DNA of 64,000 nucleotides from Candidatus Latescibacterota bacterium (GTDB lineage: Bacteria; Latescibacterota; UBA2968), in the NCBI GenBank assembly GCA_965222605.1, contig OZ244960.1, positions 1,440,001-1,504,000 of the forward strand, given 5' to 3'. This document shows, one piece after another, positions 18,449-27,689 of this stretch. The notes under the pieces are model-generated. The model searched no databases and had not been told where the DNA came from. It was given only the letters and a program-made list of their open reading frames with translations. The stretch's first letter is position 1. Every line of letters starts with the position of its first letter. The translations under genes were made by a program, and so were the position numbers.

Positions 18449-19054
18449 ATGGATAATAATGACTGCGTTCTTCTCGTCGAAGGGACAGACGACGAGCATG
18501 TCGTCAGACATCTTTGTCATGGACATCAACCAATGCCAAAATTCAGTATTCAGAACAAAGAAGGAATAAAAAACCTTCTCGACGACATTGGCCTGGAAAT
18601 TTTAGCTCCCAGCCGCAAAGCTATCGGTATCATCGTGGACGCGAATGACGATTTGGACGCCCGCTGGCATGCTGTGGCAAACAGGCTTCGAGAAGAGAAC
18701 ATTGAAGTGCCCAGCAGTCCAGAACCAACCGGCACGATTATATTCAGCACCCCTCGCGTCGGCTTATGGTTGATGCCCGACAATACATCGCCAGGCGAAC
18801 TCGAAAATTTCGTCTCCGAAATGATTCCCGACGACGATCCGATATGGCCGCGGTCCCAGTCCTACATTGACGGCATTCCAGAGTCGGACCGAAAATTTAC
18901 CGAAAAAAAGATATTGCGAGCCAAGGTCCACGCCTGGTTGGCGACCCGAAGGGACCCCAGGCCGATGGGCACCGCCATTCGCGCACGAGATTTGCACATA
19001 GATGGAACACTCAGCACAACATTCGCAAAGTGGCTACGGCAGCTATTCGAGTGA
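18449..19054 (+). CDS. TOPRIM-like DUF3226 family protein
   Basis: LLVEGTDD, IIVDAND, WLMPDN..PGELENF; 4 bp after the ATPase. Confidence 0.8.
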   Translation: MDNNDCVLLVEGTDDEHVVRHLCHGHQPMPKFSIQNKEGIKNLLDDIGLEILAPSRKAIGIIVDANDDLDARWHAVANRLREENIEVPSSPEPTGTIIFSTPRVGLWLMPDNTSPGELENFVSEMIPDDDPIWPRSQSYIDGIPESDRKFTEKKILRAKVHAWLATRRDPRPMGTAIRARDLHIDGTLSTTFAKWLRQLFE

Positions 19055-19171
19055 GCAAAATTTCCGCTTCGCGTCTGCTTTTTTGTGATTTGAATTGGCT
19101 ATCGCCAGTTTTACCCCGCTTGCGCTTTTTTTGGCAATTCGATTTTGATTTTTTAAACAAAAGGTGGATTA

Positions 19172-20713
19172 ATGTTAGGATTACACGCGCTGGACTTTGC
19201 GTCACTCGCCATCTATTTAATCGGCATTATGATTGCCGGACTCTGGGTCGCCCGCAAAATCAAAAACACGGGCGACTATTTTATGGGTGGACGCAGCTTT
19301 GGCAAAGCATTTATGATCATGCACGCCTTTGGCACCGGTACCCACACCGATCAGGCCGTCACCGTTGCAGGGGCATCCTACAAATTGGGCATGGCGGGAA
19401 TATGGTATCAGTGGCTCTATTTATTCGCCACCCCCTTCTACTGGCTCATCGCGCCAATATGGCGAAGACTGCGCTACCTCACCATCGCGGACTTCTTTGA
19501 AGACCGATTCAGCAATTCGCTCGGTTACTTCTACGCCCTCTATGGCCTGCTCTACTTTGCCATACAAATTGGCATCATGCTCCTGGGCACCGGCAAAACC
19601 GCCAGTGCCATGACTGGCGGTGCGATCTCTCCCGAACTCGCCATCGGTGTTATGACCCTCCTCTTTCTCTCCTACGGTCTGTTAGGCGGCCTGCCCGCGG
19701 CCATCATCACCGACTTTATTCAGGGCATCTTCATCATCGTCCTCTCTTTTCTCCTCGTCCCCTTTGTTATCGACAGCGTCGGCGGCTTCACCGGCCTTCA
19801 CCTGCAAGTGCCCATTGAAAAATTTAGCCTCGAAGCCCCCGGCGACCCACCGCCCGGATACGACCGCATCACGCCCTTCTTCATTGTGATGGTCGTCATC
19901 AACGCCCTCGTCGGCATCATTGCCCAACCCCACCACATGGAAATTGGAGGCGCGGGCAAAACCGAACGCGAAGCCCGCGTGGGATTCACCTACGGCAACA
20001 TGATCAAACGCCTCTGCACCGTGGCCTGGGCATTTACCGGCGTGGCCTGCATTGCCCTTTATCCCAATATTGACGACCCCGAACACGCTTTTGGGCTGGC
20101 CTCGCGCGACCTCTTGCCCATCGGCCTCGTCGGCGTCATGCTCGCCTCAATGATCGCCGCGGTAATGTCCACCTGCGATTCATTCATGGTCGATGGCGCC
20201 GCCCTTTTTGTCGAAAACTTTTACAAACCCCTCTTCAAACCCGAAGCCGACGACAAACACTACCTCGCCACAGGCCGCATCGTCGCCCTCATCCTCGTCG
20301 TATTTGGCATTATTATCGCGCTCTATTTCACCTCGGTCGTCGCGATTATTCGCCTCTCCTGGTCGCTCGTGGCATTCTTTGGCATTGCATTTTGGGGAGG
20401 AATTCTCTGGCGCAGGTGCAATGCGCCCGGTGCCTGGGCGGGCCTGCTCGTCTCGGCATTGTTATTCGCCATATCCGGATCAGAAATCATCAATTGGGAA
20501 AGCCTCGGCATCTCCATTGGTGGCCTCAACTGGGAATTGCCCTATCGCTACGTGCTCTACATCACAGGCGGATTTGCCGCACTCATCATCGTAAGCAAAC
20601 TCACCAAACCACAAGACAAGGACCGTCTCGACCGCTTTTACACCTTGCTCCACACACCCGTTGGACAGGAGTACAAATTGCGCGAAGCGGGCATAAAAGT
20701 TGTTCTGGAATAG
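19172..20713 (+). CDS. sodium:solute symporter
   Basis: About 13 TM helices; DYFMGGRS, GGL.AAI.TDFIQ, AAVMSTCD. Confidence 0.95.
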   Translation: MLGLHALDFASLAIYLIGIMIAGLWVARKIKNTGDYFMGGRSFGKAFMIMHAFGTGTHTDQAVTVAGASYKLGMAGIWYQWLYLFATPFYWLIAPIWRRLRYLTIADFFEDRFSNSLGYFYALYGLLYFAIQIGIMLLGTGKTASAMTGGAISPELAIGVMTLLFLSYGLLGGLPAAIITDFIQGIFIIVLSFLLVPFVIDSVGGFTGLHLQVPIEKFSLEAPGDPPPGYDRITPFFIVMVVINALVGIIAQPHHMEIGGAGKTEREARVGFTYGNMIKRLCTVAWAFTGVACIALYPNIDDPEHAFGLASRDLLPIGLVGVMLASMIAAVMSTCDSFMVDGAALFVENFYKPLFKPEADDKHYLATGRIVALILVVFGIIIALYFTSVVAIIRLSWSLVAFFGIAFWGGILWRRCNAPGAWAGLLVSALLFAISGSEIINWESLGISIGGLNWELPYRYVLYITGGFAALIIVSKLTKPQDKDRLDRFYTLLHTPVGQEYKLREAGIKVVLE

Positions 20714-20725
20714 GGAGAAGTCGTC

Positions 20726-22282
20726 ATGCGCCTCAGGGCCATCTTGCGCCAACTTATTATCGTCGTATTCTACGCGAGTTTGGGGTATTCCCCCCAAGCT
20801 GCTGACCCTGCACTGCATCTAAAAATTGACCGCAGCAAGACGCAAACCCTCCCCAAAAGCCTCTATGGCTTCAACACGAACATGATGAGTGGTGACTACG
20901 GTTATCTCGACTCCAACTTCGTCGCGCTCACAAAAGACCTGCAACCCCAAATATTGCGTTTTCCCGGAGGCACAATCGGCAATTTTTACCATTGGGAAAT
21001 GGCTGGATTTATCCAAAATGAAATGAGTTCAACCAGCAACGAGCAACTCAACAGACGAAACAGAGGCTATTTTGTCAGACTAAAAAAAAGGAGAAACGGG
21101 AGACTTGCATTTGACGACTTTATGCAGATGTGCAACGCGATAAAAATAACGCCCATCGTAGTCGTCAACCTGTGGACGGGAAGCCCGGAGGAAAGTGCCG
21201 GATGGGTTCAATACGCAAAAAACAAGGGATATGAGATCGCGTATTGGGAACTCGGCAACGAGTATTATCTGCCGTGGTACGCGGACAAATATCCCTCTGC
21301 CGAAACCTATATCGCGCAAGCCAAAAAACATGCGCAGGCGATGAAAGCCGTTGATCCAACTATAAAAGTCTCGGTTTGCGCAAGCCCGGTTGCCTTCCAC
21401 AAGAACGGCTTTGAAAAAAACGTGGATCAACGCAAATGGGATAGTGCATTGGCGGCTGCAGATCAATTTTACGACGCCTATACCGTTCACGTCTATGCTT
21501 ATCGAACCGCTCGGCAAAAAGAAATAGAGGAATATCGGGGCTATCTCTTTGGTTGGATTCACTGCGATTTCGATGATGCCGTGGATTACTATAAAAAGTT
21601 ATTCTCCAGCAAGGAAATGTGGATAACAGAGTGGAATATCGCCAACCCCGCAAACCGGGTCGCCAATACGCAACTCCACGCCATGTACGCGGGCGACTTC
21701 TTTTTAAAAATGCTCACGCGACCGCGCATTACCCATGCAAATTTTCACGTAATTGCTGGCCTCGGCAAAGGATTTCCCGCATTTTCTCCGATCACTCCTC
21801 CATCGCCGAGAACCAATTGGAAATACGGAGGTGAACCAGAGGCGGATTATGGAAAAACAATTCGGCGCGCTGCCTACTATCCCCTTCAGTTAATTGGAGA
21901 AGCATTCGCGCAATCAGACTCGAAATTCGCCCTCTCCATCCAAAATCCACCCATCCTGGACGGACAACTCGAATACGAGGGAAAACAAATACCGGGCATT
22001 CAAGCACAGGCGGTCGGAAATGCCGCGCACCTTTTTGTCCTCATTAGCAACCGCACTGCAGACGACCTGTCGCCAAACCTCACCATTGATGATAAAAAAT
22101 TTAAAGGTACGCTCAAATATCGCTACGTAGCCCATGAAAGACTCAATGCATCAAACGGAGGCAATGCGGAAATGGAAGGCGCGGGCAAAATAGAAGTCGC
22201 GATCCGCGAATGGTCTGGTGCCTGCACTAATCTCTTGATTTCCAAAAACAGTTTTGGCATTTTAGAGTTGTCGCTCAAATAA
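20726..22282 (+). CDS. exported clan-A glycoside hydrolase (GH51/GH79-like)
   Basis: Signal peptide, LRFPGGT, WELGNE acid/base, ITEWN nucleophile. Confidence 0.8.
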   Translation: MRLRAILRQLIIVVFYASLGYSPQAADPALHLKIDRSKTQTLPKSLYGFNTNMMSGDYGYLDSNFVALTKDLQPQILRFPGGTIGNFYHWEMAGFIQNEMSSTSNEQLNRRNRGYFVRLKKRRNGRLAFDDFMQMCNAIKITPIVVVNLWTGSPEESAGWVQYAKNKGYEIAYWELGNEYYLPWYADKYPSAETYIAQAKKHAQAMKAVDPTIKVSVCASPVAFHKNGFEKNVDQRKWDSALAAADQFYDAYTVHVYAYRTARQKEIEEYRGYLFGWIHCDFDDAVDYYKKLFSSKEMWITEWNIANPANRVANTQLHAMYAGDFFLKMLTRPRITHANFHVIAGLGKGFPAFSPITPPSPRTNWKYGGEPEADYGKTIRRAAYYPLQLIGEAFAQSDSKFALSIQNPPILDGQLEYEGKQIPGIQAQAVGNAAHLFVLISNRTADDLSPNLTIDDKKFKGTLKYRYVAHERLNASNGGNAEMEGAGKIEVAIREWSGACTNLLISKNSFGILELSLK

Positions 22283-22298
22283 TTCCCGAGGAGGCAGT

Positions 22299-22418
22299 AT
22301 GTTTGGCCTTGAAATTCGCAAACCATCCAAAGAAACGGTCATCGGATTCATCGTCACATGGATCTGTGTAATCGGCATTATCTTTCTCACACTGGCCCTC
22401 GTCCGCATCGGTGCGTAA
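22299..22418 (+). CDS. 39-aa single-TM small protein (absent from ORF track)
   Basis: GAGGAGG RBS; MFGLEIRKPSKETVIGFIVTWICVIGIIFLTLALVRIGA; fills the gap between two operon genes. Confidence 0.75.
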   Translation: MFGLEIRKPSKETVIGFIVTWICVIGIIFLTLALVRIGA

Positions 22419-22430
22419 AGGACTATCCCA

Positions 22431-22910
22431 ATGATCCGACAATACCGCTCTGAAGACCTCGACGCCCTCAAAGAAATCACCGTTATCTGCTTTGATGGGG
22501 TATCAATTGACCAAAATATTGAAAAAAATTTCGGACAATTTGCCGACACAGATTGGAAAACCCGCAAAGCCAAACACATAGACGCAGACGTTGCTGCCAA
22601 TGCCGAAGGCATATTTGTTTGGGAAGACAACGGCAAAATCGCGGGCTACATCACCACGCGCATTGACCATGAAAGCAAAATAGGCGGCATACCCAACCTC
22701 GCCGTCTTGCCCGAATACCAGGGCAAAGGAATCGGCAAAGCATTGATGACAGCCGCCTTTGATTACTTTGAAGAACAGGGCATGGCCGTGGCAAAAATCG
22801 AAACCCTCGACCAGAATCCCGTTGGACAGAACTTTTATCCGCGCTCGGGCTTTACCGCAGTCGCCCGACAAATCCACTACGCAATGCCCATGAAAGACCG
22901 CAAAGTGTAA
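22431..22910 (+). CDS. GNAT acetyltransferase
   Basis: LAVLPEYQGKGIGKAL acetyl-CoA motif. Confidence 0.92.
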   Translation: MIRQYRSEDLDALKEITVICFDGVSIDQNIEKNFGQFADTDWKTRKAKHIDADVAANAEGIFVWEDNGKIAGYITTRIDHESKIGGIPNLAVLPEYQGKGIGKALMTAAFDYFEEQGMAVAKIETLDQNPVGQNFYPRSGFTAVARQIHYAMPMKDRKV

Positions 22911-22913
22911 AAG

Positions 22914-22978
22914 CGTAAGACGTGAGACGTGAAAGGGGTAGGGTGGTCCTCTCACCTCTTACGTCTCACCTCTCACCT
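22914..22978. repeat. inverted clusters of 7-bp repeats between convergent genes
   Basis: cgtaaga cgtgaga cgtgaaa ... ctcacct cttacgt ctcacct ctcacct. Confidence 0.7.
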
Positions 22979-23763
22979 GCCTTCTGCCACACCGTTGGAA
23001 AGTGTTCCCCCCGCAAAATCTCGCCATCTTCCACGGTTACAAACTCTTTCATCACGTGATTACCACTCGCATCGTAATACGTATCCTGCGTCATGTAGTG
23101 AATCGCAATCGCACGTCGAGGTCGCTTGCTGCGATTGTCGTGCGAACCGTGCCAGGTCAGTGCGTGATGATAATGCACCTCACCCTTTTTTACTGGTCGG
23201 CGCACCACAGATATGGGACGGCCTTCAAACTTTGACGGCATAGCGTCAAAATCCTTTACCTGTCGCACAAACGCAATCTGATTGCCCCACTTGTGCGAGC
23301 CTGGCACCATACTCATACACCCATTTTCCACATCCACATCATCCATCGCCACCCACGCGCTCACCTCTGTCATCGGTCGAATAATCGGCCACAGCGGCGC
23401 ATCCTGATGCCATCCGGTCGTCCCCCCAATTTCAGCGGGCTTGTACTGAATCTGATCGTGCCAGATACGCAACTCCGTCGCCCCGGTCAACTGCGCCATC
23501 TCCTCTACAATCTTTCCTGAATACATCAAATTCTTAAACGGCGCGCTCGCTTCCCAGATATTCACAATCTGCCAGACCGGCGCCGAATCATTACCGCCCA
23601 AATTGCGCAACAAAACCGGCTGCGACACATCATCGCGATCTTTATTTTTAATCACCCGGTACAATTCCTCGCGCAACACCTCAACCTGTGCGCCGTCCAG
23701 CACCGGACCCCCATTCAAAAACCCATTTTCGTGAAACTCCGCCACTTGCTCTTGTGTCAGCAT
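22966..23763 (-). CDS. phytanoyl-CoA dioxygenase (PhyH) family protein
   Basis: WHQD, NGCMSMVPGSH, TWHGS..N.S..PRRA. Confidence 0.92.
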   Translation of the reverse strand: MLTQEQVAEFHENGFLNGGPVLDGAQVEVLREELYRVIKNKDRDDVSQPVLLRNLGGNDSAPVWQIVNIWEASAPFKNLMYSGKIVEEMAQLTGATELRIWHDQIQYKPAEIGGTTGWHQDAPLWPIIRPMTEVSAWVAMDDVDVENGCMSMVPGSHKWGNQIAFVRQVKDFDAMPSKFEGRPISVVRRPVKKGEVHYHHALTWHGSHDNRSKRPRRAIAIHYMTQDTYYDASGNHVMKEFVTVEDGEILRGEHFPTVWQKAGER

Positions 23764-23784
23764 AATTCAGTCTCCTGTCACTCT

Positions 23785-25017
23785 TCACACCAAATTCCCC
23801 TCCGCCCGGCTATTTCTTCCCACAACAGCAACAGCCTTATCCATCCCTACACACAGATTGCTACTAATCAAATTATAGTCGCTCGCGCCACTTTCCTCAA
23901 TACCCTTCAACTGCGTCGGCTTTTCCTGATCGTCTGCACACCGATTGCCCTGCACAATCGAATGGGTCAAATCATGCACGCGGATACCGGGATATTTCCC
24001 CTTTTCCGCCCGGGAATTGCTCAGCAGCAAATTCCCCGTAATCACCTGCTCATCCCCTCTATTTGCATCTATACCACACATCCCATTGTACGAACACACA
24101 TTATTACTCACAATATTGTGGTGATCCCCGCCATTTGCCACACCGCCAATCCCGTGTTGTCCATTTTCGGAAAACACGCTATCGCTACACACCGAATGAT
24201 GCACCCGCGCGCAAAAATAATACCCATCACCTCCATTCCCCTTCCCGATATTGTGCGACCACACACTTCGCGCCAACCCCGTTCCGGGATGAAACCCATG
24301 CCCGCGACACCCGTGTGCCTGACAATGCGCCACCTGGGCATCACAACCGCGCTGAATCCCAAACCCATCGCTGGGCCATCCAAACACCGAACAATTCAGA
24401 ATGCGCACGCGCTCACAACCCACAATATGCATTGCCGAATACGTAAAATCCCACCAATCACCCTCGTAATCTTCAGGTCCCTTAATCGTCAAATCTCGTA
24501 TTTCAATATCCGTCTCACCCTCTGCCCATATACCGGGAAACAGATTCACCACCCGAGCATTGTCACGCGCCAACAATCGCCGATTAAACGGCACACTCAT
24601 CCACACGCGATTGCCCACAACCCGCTCGACCTCCCCATGCGTACCCCACCACCCCCTGTGCTTATCGTCGCAAACCCCAATCCCCTCACCCACGCGGAAA
24701 GGCGGCTCAGTCTCGCAGGTCAACACCCGACCACCTTTGCGAATATCTTTTGATAAATACGCGACTTGCAAAGGCCGAATCCTCAACACCGTCGCTGGCC
24801 CATCGCCGACCAGACTCACCCGACTGGGCACGTACAGCGTCTTGCGCAACAGATATGTCCCCGACGGAACACGCACCCGGCCACCGCTCTCTGGCAATGA
24901 TGCAACCGCATCTTCCAAACCGCATGTCATCGACTCTCGATCAAAAAAATCCGCTGCATTCACCTCATCTCGCGGCGCGTCGGGCAATGGAATTTCTCTT
25001 GCTGGCATTGCAGGCAT
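23785..25017 (-). CDS. right-handed parallel beta-helix protein
   Basis: GGRVRVPSGTY and repeated N..GI/GN motifs; GGAGGG RBS before ATG 25017. Confidence 0.85.
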   Translation of the reverse strand: MPAMPAREIPLPDAPRDEVNAADFFDRESMTCGLEDAVASLPESGGRVRVPSGTYLLRKTLYVPSRVSLVGDGPATVLRIRPLQVAYLSKDIRKGGRVLTCETEPPFRVGEGIGVCDDKHRGWWGTHGEVERVVGNRVWMSVPFNRRLLARDNARVVNLFPGIWAEGETDIEIRDLTIKGPEDYEGDWWDFTYSAMHIVGCERVRILNCSVFGWPSDGFGIQRGCDAQVAHCQAHGCRGHGFHPGTGLARSVWSHNIGKGNGGDGYYFCARVHHSVCSDSVFSENGQHGIGGVANGGDHHNIVSNNVCSYNGMCGIDANRGDEQVITGNLLLSNSRAEKGKYPGIRVHDLTHSIVQGNRCADDQEKPTQLKGIEESGASDYNLISSNLCVGMDKAVAVVGRNSRAEGNLV

Positions 25018-25050
25018 GGTATCACCCTCCCGAAGACATCCCACTCAAAT

Positions 25051-25770
25051 TTAAGCACTCTCCAAAAAGACCGTCACTCCCATATCGGCGTATTTCTCGC
25101 GCGTATCAGGCGTCCGGTTGCGATGACAGACCGCCACGCCAGTCCCTTCCAAAGACTTACACAAATACGCGATCGTATCATCCACAGATTTCAACCAGTG
25201 CTGCGGATGTGCTTTAATGCTCATAGACAAATCTGTCGGACCCATCGACAAACAATCCACACCCGCCTTCGCGAGCAAATGCCCGCGCGTTGCGGCCTCT
25301 ACCGACTCAATTTGCAACCACAAAACCCCAAAGCTATTCCACCAATCGGCGTATTCCTCCGGGCTTTGGTCTCCCGCGCCTCGCCGGTGTCCCCCGCCAA
25401 AACTGCGTCCCCCAGCCGGTGGATAATAAAAATAGTGCAATGCATCATCAACCGTCTCTTCCGTCTCGGTCTGCGGAATCTCGATCCCGCACGGTCCCAA
25501 ATCGAGATAATTGCCAATCAAATAGGCATTGCGCGTGTGTTTGATCCGAAACTGCACGAACACATCGCGCTCGGCAGCCATATCGCAAAACGCCGCGACG
25601 CGCTCTTCGCTCAACGGCGTATGCTGGCTGTCAATAGACACGAAATCGTAATCATCTCGATCCATAATCTGGTCAAACCGATCCGGCGGCGTATTCGGTG
25701 CCATAGACACGCCAACAATGCGTTCACCATTGCGATATTTCTGTTTTAGTCCAATTGCATTTTCAAACAT
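25051..25770 (-). CDS. HpcH/HpaI aldolase family protein
   Basis: IDSQH, YPPAGGRS, QIESVEA, MGPTDLS. Confidence 0.88.
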   Translation of the reverse strand: MFENAIGLKQKYRNGERIVGVSMAPNTPPDRFDQIMDRDDYDFVSIDSQHTPLSEERVAAFCDMAAERDVFVQFRIKHTRNAYLIGNYLDLGPCGIEIPQTETEETVDDALHYFYYPPAGGRSFGGGHRRGAGDQSPEEYADWWNSFGVLWLQIESVEAATRGHLLAKAGVDCLSMGPTDLSMSIKAHPQHWLKSVDDTIAYLCKSLEGTGVAVCHRNRTPDTREKYADMGVTVFLESA

Positions 25771-25781
25771 GATCATCTCCT

Positions 25782-27035
25782 TTAGCTGTGATTGCTCTTT
25801 TCCCATTCCCGAAGTTTATCTGCATTTTCGCGCACCTTGACAAATGCGCGCGACATATCCCGCATTCGCGTTTCAGAAGTCAGCAAAGCCCTCTGGCTTA
25901 TCGACAGCCGTTCCCTGCAATACTGCTCGACCTTTGGCAAGTGCAACGAGCGATAATCCTGCGCCGTATCTGTCCACGCAAAGGGCGTGTAATCACGAGC
26001 TTTCCAATCCTCTTGAAAAACCGGATGTTTGTAAACCGGCGTCTCGTATCCCGTGCTCACCGGCACCCCTTCAGCGCGTATCGCCTTGACAAATGCATCG
26101 CGAGAAACGCCCTCAAACGCCTCGGATAAATACCTCGCACCATACACATGCCAATTGACGCGGGTTGCATCTTCCAACCGGTGAATCGGCTCAATACCCT
26201 CAATCTCCGACAACGTGCGCGTCAACATCGCCCCATTTTGTTCGCGGATCTCCGTATGCTCGGGAATGCGCTTCAACTGGCACAATAAGACCGCAGCGAC
26301 AAATTCCGTCATCCGGTGGTTGCCGCCCCATTGTCGAGATTCCTCCGTACGACCATACCGCGACCGCCCGACATTGACCGCACAGCCAATCGCATCGGCA
26401 ATTGCCTCGTCATTGGTCAGGGCAATGCCCCCATCTCCCCCCGTCATATTTTTGCTCTGCTGAAAAGAAAACCCCGAAGCCAGTCCCCAACTGCCCAGTC
26501 CACGATCCTTATAGGCCGATCCCCACCCGTGCGCCGCATCTTCTAAAATCGCGAGATTGTGTCGCTCGGCAATATCCAACAACCGCTGGAGATCACACGC
26601 CAACCCACCAAAATGCACCGGCATAATCCCCTTCGTGCGATCTGTAATGAGATTTTCGACCTCCGCCACATCGAGATTATTGGTCTCCGGATCTATATCG
26701 CAAAAAATAACCGTAGCACCTGCTTTTAGAATCCCCGAACACGTCCCAATAAACGTATAAGCACTCGTAATCACCTCATCGCCTACCCCAATGCCCGCCC
26801 CGCGACAAATCATTTCCAGCGCCACAGTGCCACCCGTACATGCGATCCCGTATTTCGCATTTTGAAATGCCGCAAATGTCTCTTCAAATTCCTGGCACTT
26901 CGAGGAATTGTACCACGCCCGACTCTCCAGCACTTCAACAAGCGCATCTCTTTCGGCCGCATCGTACATCGGCCATAAAATATCATCCTTTTCTTTCACC
27001 TCACGCTCGCCACCCAACAGCGCTAACTCTGCCAT
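25782..27035 (-). CDS. DegT/DnrJ/EryC1/StrS PLP aminotransferase
   Basis: PVHFGG, EDAAH, FSFQQSKNMTGGDGG. Confidence 0.93.
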   Translation of the reverse strand: MAELALLGGEREVKEKDDILWPMYDAAERDALVEVLESRAWYNSSKCQEFEETFAAFQNAKYGIACTGGTVALEMICRGAGIGVGDEVITSAYTFIGTCSGILKAGATVIFCDIDPETNNLDVAEVENLITDRTKGIMPVHFGGLACDLQRLLDIAERHNLAILEDAAHGWGSAYKDRGLGSWGLASGFSFQQSKNMTGGDGGIALTNDEAIADAIGCAVNVGRSRYGRTEESRQWGGNHRMTEFVAAVLLCQLKRIPEHTEIREQNGAMLTRTLSEIEGIEPIHRLEDATRVNWHVYGARYLSEAFEGVSRDAFVKAIRAEGVPVSTGYETPVYKHPVFQEDWKARDYTPFAWTDTAQDYRSLHLPKVEQYCRERLSISQRALLTSETRMRDMSRAFVKVRENADKLREWEKSNHS

Positions 27036-27051
27036 ATCATCCTCCTTGAAT

Positions 27052-27540
27052 TCAGTCCCGCTGCAAACATTCGACCAGCAAATCTAATGCCGCCTGGGCG
27101 AACAATTCCATATTTTCGCCCCGGTTCTCGCTGCCCGTTGCGATCGCAATCGCTTGCTCGGTATCTGGCCCCACAACGCCGATACACGTATGGCCCGGCG
27201 GATCGCCATACCGATTTCCCGTCGGACCAGCCGCACCCGTCTCGCCGATACCCCAGTCTGCCCCCAAACGTTCGCGCGCAGCGCGTGCCAGATGCAGTGC
27301 ATGCGTTTTTGTCGCAGCCCTCGCCTCGCCCATTGCCACATCTGAAACAGCCATCAATATTTGCTTTGAGTCACCCGTATAACACACCCCACCACCCTTA
27401 AAATAAGCCGAAGCCCCCGGCACAGCCAAAAGTGCTGCTGAAATAATTCCACCCGCCGATGACTCGGCCACCGCCACTGTCTGCCCGTTTTCTTTGAGCA
27501 ATGCACCCACATCTGTAGCCATTGTCTTAAAATCCGTCAT
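27052..27540 (-). CDS. CinA C-terminal domain protein (NMN deamidase-like)
   Basis: AVAESSAGG, PGASAYF.GG, TGAAGP. Confidence 0.88.
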   Translation of the reverse strand: MTDFKTMATDVGALLKENGQTVAVAESSAGGIISAALLAVPGASAYFKGGGVCYTGDSKQILMAVSDVAMGEARAATKTHALHLARAARERLGADWGIGETGAAGPTGNRYGDPPGHTCIGVVGPDTEQAIAIATGSENRGENMELFAQAALDLLVECLQRD

Positions 27541-27614
27541 ATTAGACCCCTGAATTTTTTCTATTGAATGTGTGCTGATGGCACAACAAATCGAGAATAC
27601 AAGTCGCACAGCCT

Positions 27615-27689
27615 GCGTTCATCTGCGCCATCTGCGGATTATTTAGCCTTTCATCTGCGTTCATCTGTGTTCATCTGTGGTTGCTTTTG
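27615..27689. repeat. 10-bp repeat cluster (ATCTG(C/T)GTTC type)
   Basis: tcatctgcgt tcatctgtgt tcatctgtgg ttgctttt; the same motif recurs at 40195-40230. Confidence 0.75.

Noticed and set aside
23731-24753. 340-aa plus-strand ORF
   Set aside because: Antisense shadow of the beta-helix gene, with implausible His/Pro-rich composition.
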